Of a stretch of DNA of 64,000 bases, positions 10,852 to 21,036 are shown in pieces. The position numbers and the translations under genes are program-made. The stretch comes from Waterburya sp. Lineage in GTDB: Bacteria; Cyanobacteriota; Cyanobacteriia; Cyanobacteriales; Xenococcaceae. Location: the NCBI GenBank assembly GCA_965217895.1, contig CBDCJV010000002.1:5120001-5184000 (forward strand). The letters are read 5' to 3'. Each line of letters opens with the position of its first letter. The first letter of the stretch is position 1. The notes under the pieces are model-generated. The model searched no databases and was not told the DNA's origin. It saw only the letters and a program-made list of their open reading frames with translations.

Positions 10852-11461
10852 GTTTTGCTCCAGTTTTACGTATTCTGAGTTCCTTTTGGCAATTACGCCT
10901 CATCCTACCCGTCGTCTGGTTTTCCGCTACTCGTCTAGCCTATCTGGGTTTCGACTACACCCAGAACCAGATATCGACGTTTTTATTCGTTCCGTCTGTG
11001 AGATTGACGGTGGGGGACGCGGAGGCTTCCTCCGTTTGTCCAACCACAGTGTTGACTGACATTTTAGGGCGGTTCAATTTGCCTACATACCATCTCGGAG
11101 AAGCAGCTATCTGGGGGATAATACTGCGAGAATAATCGGTAGTGAAGTCCATATTGTTTTGTTCAGATTATGGCTTAAAAATAAGACATTTTTCTAGAAC
11201 CTGTTTACCCATGATGTTTCCCTATTAGCGGTAGTGTGCCTATCTGATTTGGCTCTAATTCCGCCCTGTTCCCAGCTTCAGCCTCCCGAATTCCGAGTCG
11301 GGTCACTGTGGGCAGATGAGGAGTCACTAATCTCCGTAGCGGTGGGAGTTGAACCCACATCCCACGAGACAGTTCAAGGTACTTACGGTTTTCTCCCCGT
11401 CATTCCTTGGATACTTTATACTCTCTGTTCCCCAGAGGATTCGGGTATCAACGAATCGCAC
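10228..11461 (-). mobile_element. 5' part of a group II intron, truncated by the Tn3 end
   Basis: Minus strand starts GTGCGATTCGTT at 11461 (GUGYG 5' consensus), followed by ~610 nt of non-coding sequence and then the RT ORF. Confidence 0.88.
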
Positions 11462-11581
11462 CTCCCACTTTTTTTCGCTCTCGATCATCATCCCTTTTTT
11501 ACTGGTGTTTGTCCAGTTTGCAGATATGAGTTTAATCGAGGCAATTGCTTATTGTAAGCAGAAGCGGATATTTTTGGCAGA

Positions 11582-12241
11582 TTAATCTGAGCCGAAAATG
11601 GAAGTTTTTGCTTTTGATCGAGAGCGCAATCCTAAAGCTAAAAAAGCAACTAGTTTAGATACTGTAGCTTGAATGCTTAGGGGTGAATTATTCTGAATTA
11701 AAGCGTTGGGTTTATTTGCCTCTGTTAATACACGAAGTAACGTAGCAATTACTAAATCCAACTTCCAAGTAAGTTCGGTACGAGAGAAATTAGGAAGCGA
11801 TCGCCCAAATGCATCTAAATAAGCTGTTTTACTACCCTGAAATTCTTGCTCGGCAATTTTCCCAATCGGATCGGGTTCAACACGGCAACGTCCCATAAAT
11901 CGTGCGCAATAGATACTGCGGTCGCCACTATTGAGAACTACTTCTAAAGGGGGAGTGATAAACGCCTCTAAAACAGCTTCAATACTGGGAGTATTACCCT
12001 TCGCTTCACATTGTGCTAAACGCTTCAATTGACCACTAACTACTGGTTTGGCAATTCTAGCCGTAACTGCACGAAATAATTCTTCCTTAGAACCAAAGTG
12101 GTAATGAACCGCAGATAGGTTAACATCAGCTTCGCGAATTACGCTTCGTAATGAAGTTCCTGCAAAACCATTTTCGGCAAACAAATGTTCGGCGACATTA
12201 AGGATCTGCTCTTTGGTATCAACGGAAATAGAAGTAGTCAT
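11582..12241 (-). CDS. TetR/AcrR family regulator, PsrA-like
   Basis: TKEQILNVAEHLFAENGF..TSLR..VNLSAVHYHFGSKEEL HTH; divergent from the RND genes. Confidence 0.92.
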   Translation of the reverse strand: MTTSISVDTKEQILNVAEHLFAENGFAGTSLRSVIREADVNLSAVHYHFGSKEELFRAVTARIAKPVVSGQLKRLAQCEAKGNTPSIEAVLEAFITPPLEVVLNSGDRSIYCARFMGRCRVEPDPIGKIAEQEFQGSKTAYLDAFGRSLPNFSRTELTWKLDLVIATLLRVLTEANKPNALIQNNSPLSIQATVSKLVAFLALGLRSRSKAKTSIFGSD

Positions 12242-12242
12242 A

Positions 12243-12477
12243 TTAAAACAAACGTAAGAACTATATTTATACTATATTCTCTTGAAATAAATGTCTATAT
12301 GTTACTTCTGATTGAGCTTGTAAACCAGATAACCTAAAAACTAACCTTGTCAAAATTTAAATCGTTTGTTTTAATGAAGTTAAATACAGATTTAAATAAT
12401 TACTTGGCAAGCAAAGCCAAGCTTTACTCCAATAAATGTACTCGGCTCTTAATAATTAGAATAAAACGTTCGTTTGA
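12243..12477. promoter_or_regulatory. Candidate TetR operators (AAACG-N2-CGTTT type palindromes and a half-site)
   Basis: TTAAAACAAACG at 12243, TTAAATCGTTTGTTTTAA at 12357-12374, TAAAACGTTCGTTTGA at 12462-12477. Confidence 0.6.
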
Positions 12478-12500
12478 TTTAACCAACTCGACAAAACATC

Positions 12501-13895
12501 ATGACTTCCAATCCGATCGCCAAGACAGACTCCAAATCCCAAGCTTCGTCAGAGTTTTTAGAACAGCCTCGTAAGAAACTGGGTAAATACTTTTACTGGC
12601 TGTTGGGGATTGGGGGAGCGGGATTAATATTGCTAATTGCTCGTCCGATAGTAATTTCAACTCAAAACAGTTCGACGAAGACTGAAACAGCGAGTAAGGG
12701 TAGGGCTTTACCCATAGAAACAATTGAAGTTCAGCCAGTAAATTCCTATCAAGTGTCGCGCACCTATACAGGCGAGATTGCTGCGGTGAGAACCAGCAAT
12801 TTAGGATTCTCTCGTGGTGGGGAGATAGAGCAGGTTTTAGTTAGAGAAGGCGATCGCATTACTCAAGGGCAACCATTAGCCAGATTGGATATTCGTAACC
12901 TAGAAACTCAGCGTCAGCAGCTTGTGGCAGAGAAAGCTCGCGCCCAAGCACAACTATCTGAGTTGCAAACAGGAGCGCGAATTGAGGATATTAATGCAGC
13001 GTCAGCAGCGGTACAAGATATGGAGCAGCAGCTAAAGCTGCAAGAAAAGCAAAGAGAAAGAAGAGAGTTTTTATACACCCAGGGGGCAATTTCCAAAGAA
13101 GAACTAGACGAATATTCCTATGGCGAAGGAGCATTACAGGCGCGGTTAAATCAGTCTCGCAGTAACTTAGCAGAACTAGAAAATGGTACTCGCCCCGAAC
13201 AGATCGCAGCACAGCAGGCAATGGTACAGCAGCTTGAAGCTCAGATCGCCGACATTGATGTAAATATCGATAAAAGTACTCTTAAAGCACCCTTTACAGG
13301 AATTGTGGCACAACGGGAACTAGATGAAGGAACGGTGGCAAATGCAGGACAGTCTGTGATTCGGCTGATGGAAAGTGCTGCGCCCGAAGCGCGGGTAGGA
13401 ATGCCAGCTAAAGCAGTAGAAAAATTACAAATCGGCAGTTCGCAAACTTTAAAGCTTGGTTCGCAGACATATAAAGCGAAGGTGGCATCTGTTTTGCCAG
13501 AAGTAAATTTGAACACCCGCACTCAGGTAGTTGTATTTAACTTAGATCCTTCTGCCATAACTCAGATAAATCCTGGTCAAACCGTCAGATTGGAATTGGT
13601 AGAAAACATTGATACAGAAGGTTATTGGCTACCAACAGAATCTCTATCTAAAGGTATTCGCGGTTTATGGACGTGCTACGTCTTAACCAAACCAGAAGGT
13701 GAACAAGAATATCGGGTTCAACAACAGTCGGTAGAAATAATTCATCAAAAGAGCGAACGTGCTTTAGTTAGAGGCACTTTAGAATTGGGGGACAAGATTG
13801 TGGCAAATGGTACACATCGTCTAGTGCCAGGACAGCGGGTGGAAGTAATAAGTAATAAGGGCGTTGCTGATTTGAAGTATGAAACTGCTAAGTAA
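12501..13895 (+). CDS. RND efflux periplasmic adaptor subunit
   Basis: N-terminal TM, lipoyl half-motifs (V.EGD.I.QGQPLA; LKAPFTG), long coiled coil. Confidence 0.95.
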   Translation: MTSNPIAKTDSKSQASSEFLEQPRKKLGKYFYWLLGIGGAGLILLIARPIVISTQNSSTKTETASKGRALPIETIEVQPVNSYQVSRTYTGEIAAVRTSNLGFSRGGEIEQVLVREGDRITQGQPLARLDIRNLETQRQQLVAEKARAQAQLSELQTGARIEDINAASAAVQDMEQQLKLQEKQRERREFLYTQGAISKEELDEYSYGEGALQARLNQSRSNLAELENGTRPEQIAAQQAMVQQLEAQIADIDVNIDKSTLKAPFTGIVAQRELDEGTVANAGQSVIRLMESAAPEARVGMPAKAVEKLQIGSSQTLKLGSQTYKAKVASVLPEVNLNTRTQVVVFNLDPSAITQINPGQTVRLELVENIDTEGYWLPTESLSKGIRGLWTCYVLTKPEGEQEYRVQQQSVEIIHQKSERALVRGTLELGDKIVANGTHRLVPGQRVEVISNKGVADLKYETAK

Positions 13896-13974
13896 TCTGT
13901 TCGTAGCTATCAGTTTTTTAAATACTCGTTATCAAGTCAAAATTTTGAAAATCATACCTTGATTCAGCAACGCC
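13860..13974. mobile_element. MITE (115 bp) with 8-bp target duplication
   Basis: Ends GGCGTTGCTGATTTGAAGTATGA and TCATACCTTGATTCAGCAACGCC; GTAATAAG on both sides. Confidence 0.85.
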
Positions 13975-14020
13975 GTAATAAGTAATAAGTTTAATATTTC
14001 CCAATCCCCAATCCCTAATC

Positions 14021-17000
14021 ATGGTTAAACCGTTTTATCGCAACATCCGTTTATTAATCCTCACCTTTATCCTCATAATTGCCTGGGGAATGGTGTCCTT
14101 TGAATCTTTGCCTCGACAAGAAGATCCCGAATTAATTTCGCGCATTGCCGTAGTTAAGACTGCTTTCCCTGGTGCTAGTGCTGAGAGAGTAGAAGCACTG
14201 GTGACAGAAGTTTTAGAAGGTGAGATCGCCGAAATTGAAGAAATTAAAACGTTGCAATCCGATTCGCGGGTAGGGTTTTCCACCGTAACGGTTGAGTTAG
14301 TCGATTCAGTAGAAGATGCTCAACCGATTTGGTCTAAGGTACGAGATGACATGGATGATGCCTATGCTTCCTTTCCTCCTGGCGCGGGTGTTCCCGAATT
14401 AGAAGAATCCAAAATTAAGGCATATACGGCGATCGCATCTTTGACCTGGAACAAACCGAGTAAGCCTAATTATCCCGTGTTACGACGCTACGCAGAACAG
14501 CTAGAAATAGCAATGCGCGGTGTGGAAGGCACGGAGGAAGTAGAAATCTTTGGCGATCCGAATGAAGAAATTACCGTAGAAATTAATGCTCCAGATTTAG
14601 TGGCAGTCGGACTTTCACCCCAAGAGTTAGCCGAACAGATAAATCTTAGCGATGCTAAAGTATTGGCTGGTCAATATCGCAGCGATCGCTCTAATATTGC
14701 CATTGAGGTAGATAGCGAACTGGAAACTATTGAGAGAATTCGTCAGATCCCAATTCAAAATAATAGCGGACAGTTTACTCGTTTAAGCGATATTGCCACA
14801 GTTAATCGTGGCGTTCGAGAACCACCTACGGATTTAGCTTTAGTTAGCGGTAAACCTGCGGTAGTTGTCGGGGTGCTGATGAAGTCGGGGTTGAGAATTG
14901 ATAAGTGGGCAAAGGAAGTTAAGGCAGAAATAGCTAACTTTGAAGCTAGTTTACCCCAAGGAGTTAGTTTAGATCTTATCTTCGACCAAAGTAAGTATGT
15001 TGAAGATCGCATCGGTACTTTGCTTTCCAATTTATTCGTTGGTGCGCTGCTGGTAGTGGGTGTCAGTTTGGTTTCGATGGGTTGGCGTTCGGCTTTAGTT
15101 GTGGGTATAGCTTTGCCCTTAACTACCTTAATGGTTTTTGGCTGGATGACTCTATTAGATGTTCCCATTCATCAGATGTCCGTAACGGGCTTGATTATTG
15201 CCTTGGGATTACTGATTGATAATGCCATTGTGGTGGTGGATGAAATTAAGATCGAGATGAAAGAGGGAGAAGAACCTCTCCAGGCTGTAGTAAAAACAGC
15301 AAATTATCTCAAAGTACCCCTATTTGCTTCTACCTTAACTACGATTCTGACTTTTCTCCCTATTGTTTTACTTCCTGGGGCTGCGGGTGAATTTGTCGGC
15401 TCGATCGCCTTAAGCGTAATTATGGCGTTAATTACATCTCTGGCACTTTCGCTAACGGTAATTGCCTCCTTAGCAGCGCGAATGCTAGGGAACACTAGCA
15501 ACAAAGCCGAAGAGTTAGAGCATCAGGATACTCAACCCAAAAGTATTCCCCAGAAAATTCAAAGCTTTCTTCTTAAGCCTGGGGCATGGTGGAATGAAGG
15601 GTTTACCTCTCCTAAACTAGCTCGTCCATATCGTAAATCCTTAAAATTTGCTGCCTCCAAACCATTAATGGCGATCGCCTTAACTTTCTGTATCCCTTTA
15701 ATCGGCTTTATTGGTGCAAAGACTTTAGAAAATCAATTTTTTCCTTCCGTATCCCGCGATCAGTTTCAAATTGAGGTGGAATTTGCTTCTTCAACTGCGA
15801 TCGCCGAAACTAAATCTAAGATGCTTCAGGCTAGAGATGTCATCTTAGCTAATCCCAATGTCAGAGATGTCCACTGGTTTATGGGAGAAAGTGCGCCCAA
15901 GTTTTACTACAACTTCACTGGCAACCGACAAAACCAGTCCAATTATGCTCAGGCAATGGTGCAGTTAAATACCGACCGAGAAGTTGCAGCCATCGTCCAA
16001 GAGGTACAAGACGAATTAGATACCAAATTTCCCTCTGCCCGTATCTTAGTAAGACAGCTACAGCAAGGACCTCCTTATGATGCCCCTGTAGAGATGCGAA
16101 TCTTTGGTCCAAATTTAGAGGAATTAAGACGCTTGGGCATAAAGGCAAGAGGTATTTTAGCTGGCGTTCCCGATGTGATTCACGTCCGCGACGATTTAAC
16201 CGAATCATTACCCAAATTAGGACTATCTGTAGACGAAGAACAGGCAAGACAGGCTGGTTTAACTAATACAGCGATCGCGAACCAGCTAGAGGCATATTTA
16301 GAAGGTGCGATTGGCGGTTCGATCTTAGAAGCGACGGAAAACCTCCCAGTACGAGTTAGGGTAAGCAATACAGACCGTGCGGATTTAAGTCAGATTGCCT
16401 CTTTGAACTTAAGTGGTAGTAATAGAGAAAACGGCGGTTTTCGTTCTACCTCGGCTTTGGGAGAATTCAATCTTATACCCCAACTATCTAATATTTCCCG
16501 TTATGACGAACAAAGAGTTAATACCGTCCAGGGATATATTACCGCAGGAGTCTTACCTGCCGTAGTCCTGACTAACTTTCAAGAACAGTTAGAAGCAAAG
16601 GGTTTTGAACTACCCCCAGGCTATCGTTATGAGTTTGGCGGAGAACAGGAAGAAAGTAGTAAAGCCAGAGGAAATTTGGCACAGTATGTACCTCTTTTAT
16701 TAGTAGTCATGATAACAGCCTTGGTACTATCTCTCGGTTCTTTTCGTCAGGCAGCAATTGTCGGCGGTGTTGCTATCGGCTGTATTGGTACGGCATTATT
16801 TTCCCTTAAAGTAGCAGGTTCGCCCTTGGGCTTTATGGCAGTTGTCGGCACGATGGGTTTGGTGGGAATTGCCATTAACGATACGATCGTAGTTCTTTCG
16901 GCTTTGAATGAACATCCCCAAGCTAGAAAAGGCGATCGCCAAGCAGTTGAAGATGTAGTAGTCAAAGCCACCCGTCACGTTATCACCACTACCGTTACTA

Positions 17001-17206
17001 CCATCGCGGGCTTTATTCCCCTGTTAATTAGCGGCGGCCCTTTTTGGCGACCTTTGGCAATTGCGATCGCAGGAGGTATCAGCGGTTCTTCTATACTCGC
17101 TCTCTATTTTGTCCCTGCTGTTTATTTAATGATTAAACGTAAGTCAAACAAAGAGCGTAAATCAAAGCCACAACAACCAGTATATAAGGAAGTTCCTCAA
17201 AGCTAA
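14021..17206 (+). CDS. RND efflux permease (AcrB/AcrD/AcrF family)
   Basis: 1061 aa; PGAS.E.VE, GLLIDNAIVVVD, GIAIND..V motifs; two-repeat RND layout. Confidence 0.97.
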   Translation: MVKPFYRNIRLLILTFILIIAWGMVSFESLPRQEDPELISRIAVVKTAFPGASAERVEALVTEVLEGEIAEIEEIKTLQSDSRVGFSTVTVELVDSVEDAQPIWSKVRDDMDDAYASFPPGAGVPELEESKIKAYTAIASLTWNKPSKPNYPVLRRYAEQLEIAMRGVEGTEEVEIFGDPNEEITVEINAPDLVAVGLSPQELAEQINLSDAKVLAGQYRSDRSNIAIEVDSELETIERIRQIPIQNNSGQFTRLSDIATVNRGVREPPTDLALVSGKPAVVVGVLMKSGLRIDKWAKEVKAEIANFEASLPQGVSLDLIFDQSKYVEDRIGTLLSNLFVGALLVVGVSLVSMGWRSALVVGIALPLTTLMVFGWMTLLDVPIHQMSVTGLIIALGLLIDNAIVVVDEIKIEMKEGEEPLQAVVKTANYLKVPLFASTLTTILTFLPIVLLPGAAGEFVGSIALSVIMALITSLALSLTVIASLAARMLGNTSNKAEELEHQDTQPKSIPQKIQSFLLKPGAWWNEGFTSPKLARPYRKSLKFAASKPLMAIALTFCIPLIGFIGAKTLENQFFPSVSRDQFQIEVEFASSTAIAETKSKMLQARDVILANPNVRDVHWFMGESAPKFYYNFTGNRQNQSNYAQAMVQLNTDREVAAIVQEVQDELDTKFPSARILVRQLQQGPPYDAPVEMRIFGPNLEELRRLGIKARGILAGVPDVIHVRDDLTESLPKLGLSVDEEQARQAGLTNTAIANQLEAYLEGAIGGSILEATENLPVRVRVSNTDRADLSQIASLNLSGSNRENGGFRSTSALGEFNLIPQLSNISRYDEQRVNTVQGYITAGVLPAVVLTNFQEQLEAKGFELPPGYRYEFGGEQEESSKARGNLAQYVPLLLVVMITALVLSLGSFRQAAIVGGVAIGCIGTALFSLKVAGSPLGFMAVVGTMGLVGIAINDTIVVLSALNEHPQARKGDRQAVEDVVVKATRHVITTTVTTIAGFIPLLISGGPFWRPLAIAIAGGISGSSILALYFVPAVYLMIKRKSNKERKSKPQQPVYKEVPQS

Positions 17207-17295
17207 TTACTGTTATTTACTTTAAGTATTAAACCAGATAATACTTACTTTCAGAATCAACTGTGAACTTTAATCTCTTTTTTTCTTTCGCTTAA

Positions 17296-17313
17296 TTCAA
17301 ACGTCCGTATAAA
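17296..17313. promoter_or_regulatory. Candidate TetR operator upstream of the glutaredoxin-fusion gene
   Basis: TTCAAACGTCCGTATAAA resembles the 12462 site. Confidence 0.5.
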
Positions 17314-17381
17314 CGCGATCCACCAAATGTGTAAAAACTCAACTCAAAACCGTAAATCAATTATTAAATAGGAAACAAACC

Positions 17382-19016
17382 ATGACTCAATCAACAGTAA
17401 CTATATTTAGCAAACCAAACTGTCAATACTGCGCTCGCGCGAAAGCAGTCTTAAAACGCGCCGAGATAGATTATCAAGAATACGATGTCATTACCAGCCA
17501 ACGTAATGCCGATGCTTCGGTTTACTTTAGTGGTGTCGTCACCGTACCGCAGATCTTTATTGGTGACTATCACATCAACGGTGCAGAAGACTTAGAGAAA
17601 TTAGAAGCAGCCCGAAGACTAAATAAGCTATTAGAAATAGGTAAAGGGAATTTAGCCCTAGATACTCTTAGTGATGAAGAACTACATCAGGGTGCCAAAG
17701 ATTTCGCCCTGCGGGAATACATTCCTCAGAGTGACGGTAGTAGAGATAAGGATGATGAAAGTCTACCGATCCTGCACTTTTATAAAGAGTTTTTTGGTTT
17801 TTGGCCCAATACTTTTGCTTACCTGCATCACTGGAAAGAGGCATACAAGCTTTTTGTCTACTGTCATAACTTTTCCGCCGTTGCCTATGGTAAGCAGTTT
17901 CTTAGTATGAAGCTGATGAGTGCCATTGGCTATTCCACTTCTAATGCTCATGGCTGTTCCTATTGTCAGGTACATAGTGCAGCAACGGGAGGCGAACAGT
18001 CTGTTAATGTTGTCGAACAGTTAAAAGAGGCGCGTCAGGGAAAAGATAGCTCGTTTGATGAGTCAGACCTTGCCCTTGCGGATTTAGCAGCAGCAGCCAG
18101 TAAAAACCAAGTCGATAAAGCTTTATGCGATCGCGTAGCGTACCCGAAGGGTAATCGCCTGAAAAGCTCAAACGCAGACAAGCAGAGTATTGAGGGTACA
18201 ACAATGATTACCTCTGCCTTTGGTTTTCTTAATGTATTTAACGATCTAACTGGACTAGAGATAGAAGGGGACTGGGCGCATCAGGCACAAGAAAAAGCAG
18301 GTATTGAAGCGGGAAGACATGGTTCAGAAGATACCAATCCAGCCAATCTTGACTATGAAATACCACAGGGTAATCTATCCATTCAGGATATGCTGGCAAA
18401 ATACGACCGAGAAATAGGCGACTTTCAAACCTATGCTCAAAGAGAATTTGGCTTATTACCAGCCTGGATGCAAAACTGGCCTAAACCATTACAAAAGCGT
18501 CATATTTATCTATATGGCGAACTGATGGGCGATGGTGAAGATACCTTAATCTCTGCCGAACTCAAACATTTGATGGCAAGGGTTAGTGCGATCGCCAAAG
18601 GTCACGATTATCTGGCAGCAGTAGAAGGATACATGGCGTATCATACGGCTACTAATAAGGAAGGGGCGATTGAGCGCATTCGTCAGTGTTTTATTGCAGC
18701 AACCAATAGAGGCGATACCAGCAGTATATTTAGTGAAAAAGAACAAGCAGCACTACAACTAGCTTGGCTATCGGCTCAAGTTCCTTTAACTACACCCTAT
18801 CGATTTGTTCAAAGCGCGAGCGCACTCTATCAGCCTCAAGAATTAATTCATCTAATCGTAGTTTGCTCTATTGCTTCGATGGTGCAAAGGTTTGTGGCAA
18901 TAGATCGCCCAGAAATGGAAGCAGAAGTCAGTCAGTTTTATAATCAGCATCCTATAGAAACTGATGCTTTAAAACTACGCTATCCACTACCGTTACAACC
19001 TCAAGCAATTCATTAA
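17382..19016 (+). CDS. Glutaredoxin domain fused to AhpD/CMD-like domains
   Basis: N-terminal CQYC...TVPQIFIG; central S.AHGCSYCQVH AhpD-type motif; C-terminal helical repeat (ELKHLM, SEKEQAAL). Confidence 0.75.
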   Translation: MTQSTVTIFSKPNCQYCARAKAVLKRAEIDYQEYDVITSQRNADASVYFSGVVTVPQIFIGDYHINGAEDLEKLEAARRLNKLLEIGKGNLALDTLSDEELHQGAKDFALREYIPQSDGSRDKDDESLPILHFYKEFFGFWPNTFAYLHHWKEAYKLFVYCHNFSAVAYGKQFLSMKLMSAIGYSTSNAHGCSYCQVHSAATGGEQSVNVVEQLKEARQGKDSSFDESDLALADLAAAASKNQVDKALCDRVAYPKGNRLKSSNADKQSIEGTTMITSAFGFLNVFNDLTGLEIEGDWAHQAQEKAGIEAGRHGSEDTNPANLDYEIPQGNLSIQDMLAKYDREIGDFQTYAQREFGLLPAWMQNWPKPLQKRHIYLYGELMGDGEDTLISAELKHLMARVSAIAKGHDYLAAVEGYMAYHTATNKEGAIERIRQCFIAATNRGDTSSIFSEKEQAALQLAWLSAQVPLTTPYRFVQSASALYQPQELIHLIVVCSIASMVQRFVAIDRPEMEAEVSQFYNQHPIETDALKLRYPLPLQPQAIH

Positions 19017-19158
19017 CTAAATCTAGTAAGGGTACAGGTAAAACTTCCTCTCTAGCAATTGACAATTATTCAATAACAGATTGATGAAATTTCTACTATG
19101 GCAATATCTCAAGCAACTACTTTTAGATACAAATTATCCGATCGTCGATCCCATCTCA

Positions 19159-19194
19159 TTATTTATAGCGATCGCATTTGTTCGCTATAAATAA
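19159..19194. repeat. Intergenic hairpin with 13-bp arms
   Basis: TTATTTATAGCGA-N10-TCGCTATAAATAA. Confidence 0.6.
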
Positions 19195-19231
19195 ACCAAA
19201 TTTTTTAACTTAATCCAAAAGGAGACTAAAT

Positions 19232-20884
19232 ATGTTACACAATACGGATGTATTAATCGTCGGAGCGGGACCTACAGGCTTAACTACCGCTATCGAATTA
19301 GCCCGTCGCAATATTAACGTCAGAATTATCGAGCGTCGTACTGAACCTTCTACCCGCAGTAAAGCTTTAGTCGTTCATGCCCGAACTCTAGAGTTTATGG
19401 ATATTTTGGGTATTGCCGATGAGATGGTGTGTCGCGGTTATACTTCCCCTGGCATTGATTTTAGTTCCAATGCCAAAAAACCTTTACGAGCAAATATGTA
19501 TGGATTAGATACACGGTTTCCCTTTATTTTGATATTACCTCAAGCTGAAACTGAAGCTATATTAGAACGTCGTCTTAACGATTTTGGTATTGAAGTCGAA
19601 CGCGGGCATAGTTTGACTGATTTTAAGGAAACTGAGGAGGGAGTAACTAGTACAGTTGAACGTATACAAGATGAAAAGTTTGATATTAAATCTCAATATC
19701 TTGTTGGTGCAGATGGTGCAAAAAGCGTAGTGCGAAAAACTTTGGAATTACCCTTTGAAGGTTCTTCTTACGACTGGACGGCTTTTCTGGGCGACGTTCA
19801 GCTAAAAGGTCATCATGCCGAAGGAGGAACAGAACAACATTCAAATAATCGCGGTTTGGCGTTTATTGTCCCCTTTGATGATGGTTCTCACCGTATTGTA
19901 ACTATCGACCGCAACTATCAGGGTGAAGATGATACCCGCGAACTTAAGTTGTCAGAGTTACAGGAATCTATTAGTGCCATTTTAGAAAAGCCCGTAGAAC
20001 TAAGCGAACCCAAATGGTTATCACGCTGGGGTGCATCTTTGCGTCTTGCGCCGACCTATCGTATTAGTAGAGCATTCATGGGCGGTGATGCGGTTCATAC
20101 CCATTCACCAGCAGGAGGACAGGGTTTAAATACTGGCATGCAGGATGCTTTTAATCTGGGCTGGAAATTAGCTTTAGCCGTTGAAGGGACTGCACCAAAG
20201 ACTATTCTAAATACCTACAATGATGAACGTCATGCAATTGGCGAAAAGGTATTACGCACCAGTGACTTTCTCTTAAAAAGCTTGTTATTACGTCAACCCA
20301 TCTTGAGACAGTTACGCACCATTCTATTTCAGCTATTGATTCCTTTACCACCCGTACAGCGCAATCTGGCTCTTAATCTGTCAGGTTTGGGAATCAGCTA
20401 CGAAACGGGAACAGGAGATCTTGCGGGTAAACGTATACCCGACATGGAGTTAATGACCGCCGAACACGAATTAGTTCGGCTTTATAACCTTCTGAGTTTT
20501 CCTGGCTATACCATGTTGCTGTTTATCGATCCCGACCAAGTACAACAGTCACGAGATAAAATCGACCACCTAATCGAATATGCCGATAACAGGTTACAGC
20601 CTCAAATCGTATTAAACAATGGTTTGCCTGAGTTACACGACTTTCAAGCTAATACTTTAGTAGATTATCGTGGCGACTTAGAAACCAAAATAGGTAGCGA
20701 AACTGGTCGTATTATTCTAATCCGCCCTGATGGTTATGTCGCCTGTGATTTATCTACCCTCGATCCTGACGTCTTTGCTCGACAGCTAGTAAGTTGGAAA
20801 AGACAGAACGTCGCTTTGTCTCCAGAATTAGTTACTCGGTCAAAGCTTCTAACCCATCATTCATTGAGTTCCAATCTGAAATAA
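19232..20884 (+). CDS. FAD-dependent aromatic-ring monooxygenase (PheA/TfdB-like)
   Basis: GAGPTG, VGADGAKS.VR, GDAVHTHSPAGGQGLNTG.QDA.NL.WKL, LIRPDGYV motifs. Confidence 0.95.
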   Translation: MLHNTDVLIVGAGPTGLTTAIELARRNINVRIIERRTEPSTRSKALVVHARTLEFMDILGIADEMVCRGYTSPGIDFSSNAKKPLRANMYGLDTRFPFILILPQAETEAILERRLNDFGIEVERGHSLTDFKETEEGVTSTVERIQDEKFDIKSQYLVGADGAKSVVRKTLELPFEGSSYDWTAFLGDVQLKGHHAEGGTEQHSNNRGLAFIVPFDDGSHRIVTIDRNYQGEDDTRELKLSELQESISAILEKPVELSEPKWLSRWGASLRLAPTYRISRAFMGGDAVHTHSPAGGQGLNTGMQDAFNLGWKLALAVEGTAPKTILNTYNDERHAIGEKVLRTSDFLLKSLLLRQPILRQLRTILFQLLIPLPPVQRNLALNLSGLGISYETGTGDLAGKRIPDMELMTAEHELVRLYNLLSFPGYTMLLFIDPDQVQQSRDKIDHLIEYADNRLQPQIVLNNGLPELHDFQANTLVDYRGDLETKIGSETGRIILIRPDGYVACDLSTLDPDVFARQLVSWKRQNVALSPELVTRSKLLTHHSLSSNLK

Positions 20885-21036
20885 ATGAGAATATTTGAGT
20901 TAGCATTATTGTCCAAGAAGCAGAAAACTTTTTTCAGTATAAAGATACGATAGTAAAAGCGATCGCCGAGATCGCTCAACGGGAAATAGCCCATCTCGAT
21001 CTAGAGAATCGACTTGAAGGAATTAGGCTAGGGGTT

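Noticed and set aside
11335..11360. tRNA-like T-arm GTGGGTTCAACTCCCAC on the minus strand
   Set aside because: It lies inside the intron 5' region; I could not build an acceptor, D or anticodon arm.
10751..11585. Short ORFs over the intron region
   Set aside because: They overlap non-coding intron sequence or are antisense to the RT.
14035..16978. Antisense ORFs within the RND permease (and similar ones in glsF, tnpA and the recombinases)
   Set aside because: Shadow ORFs of long genes with no recognisable motifs.
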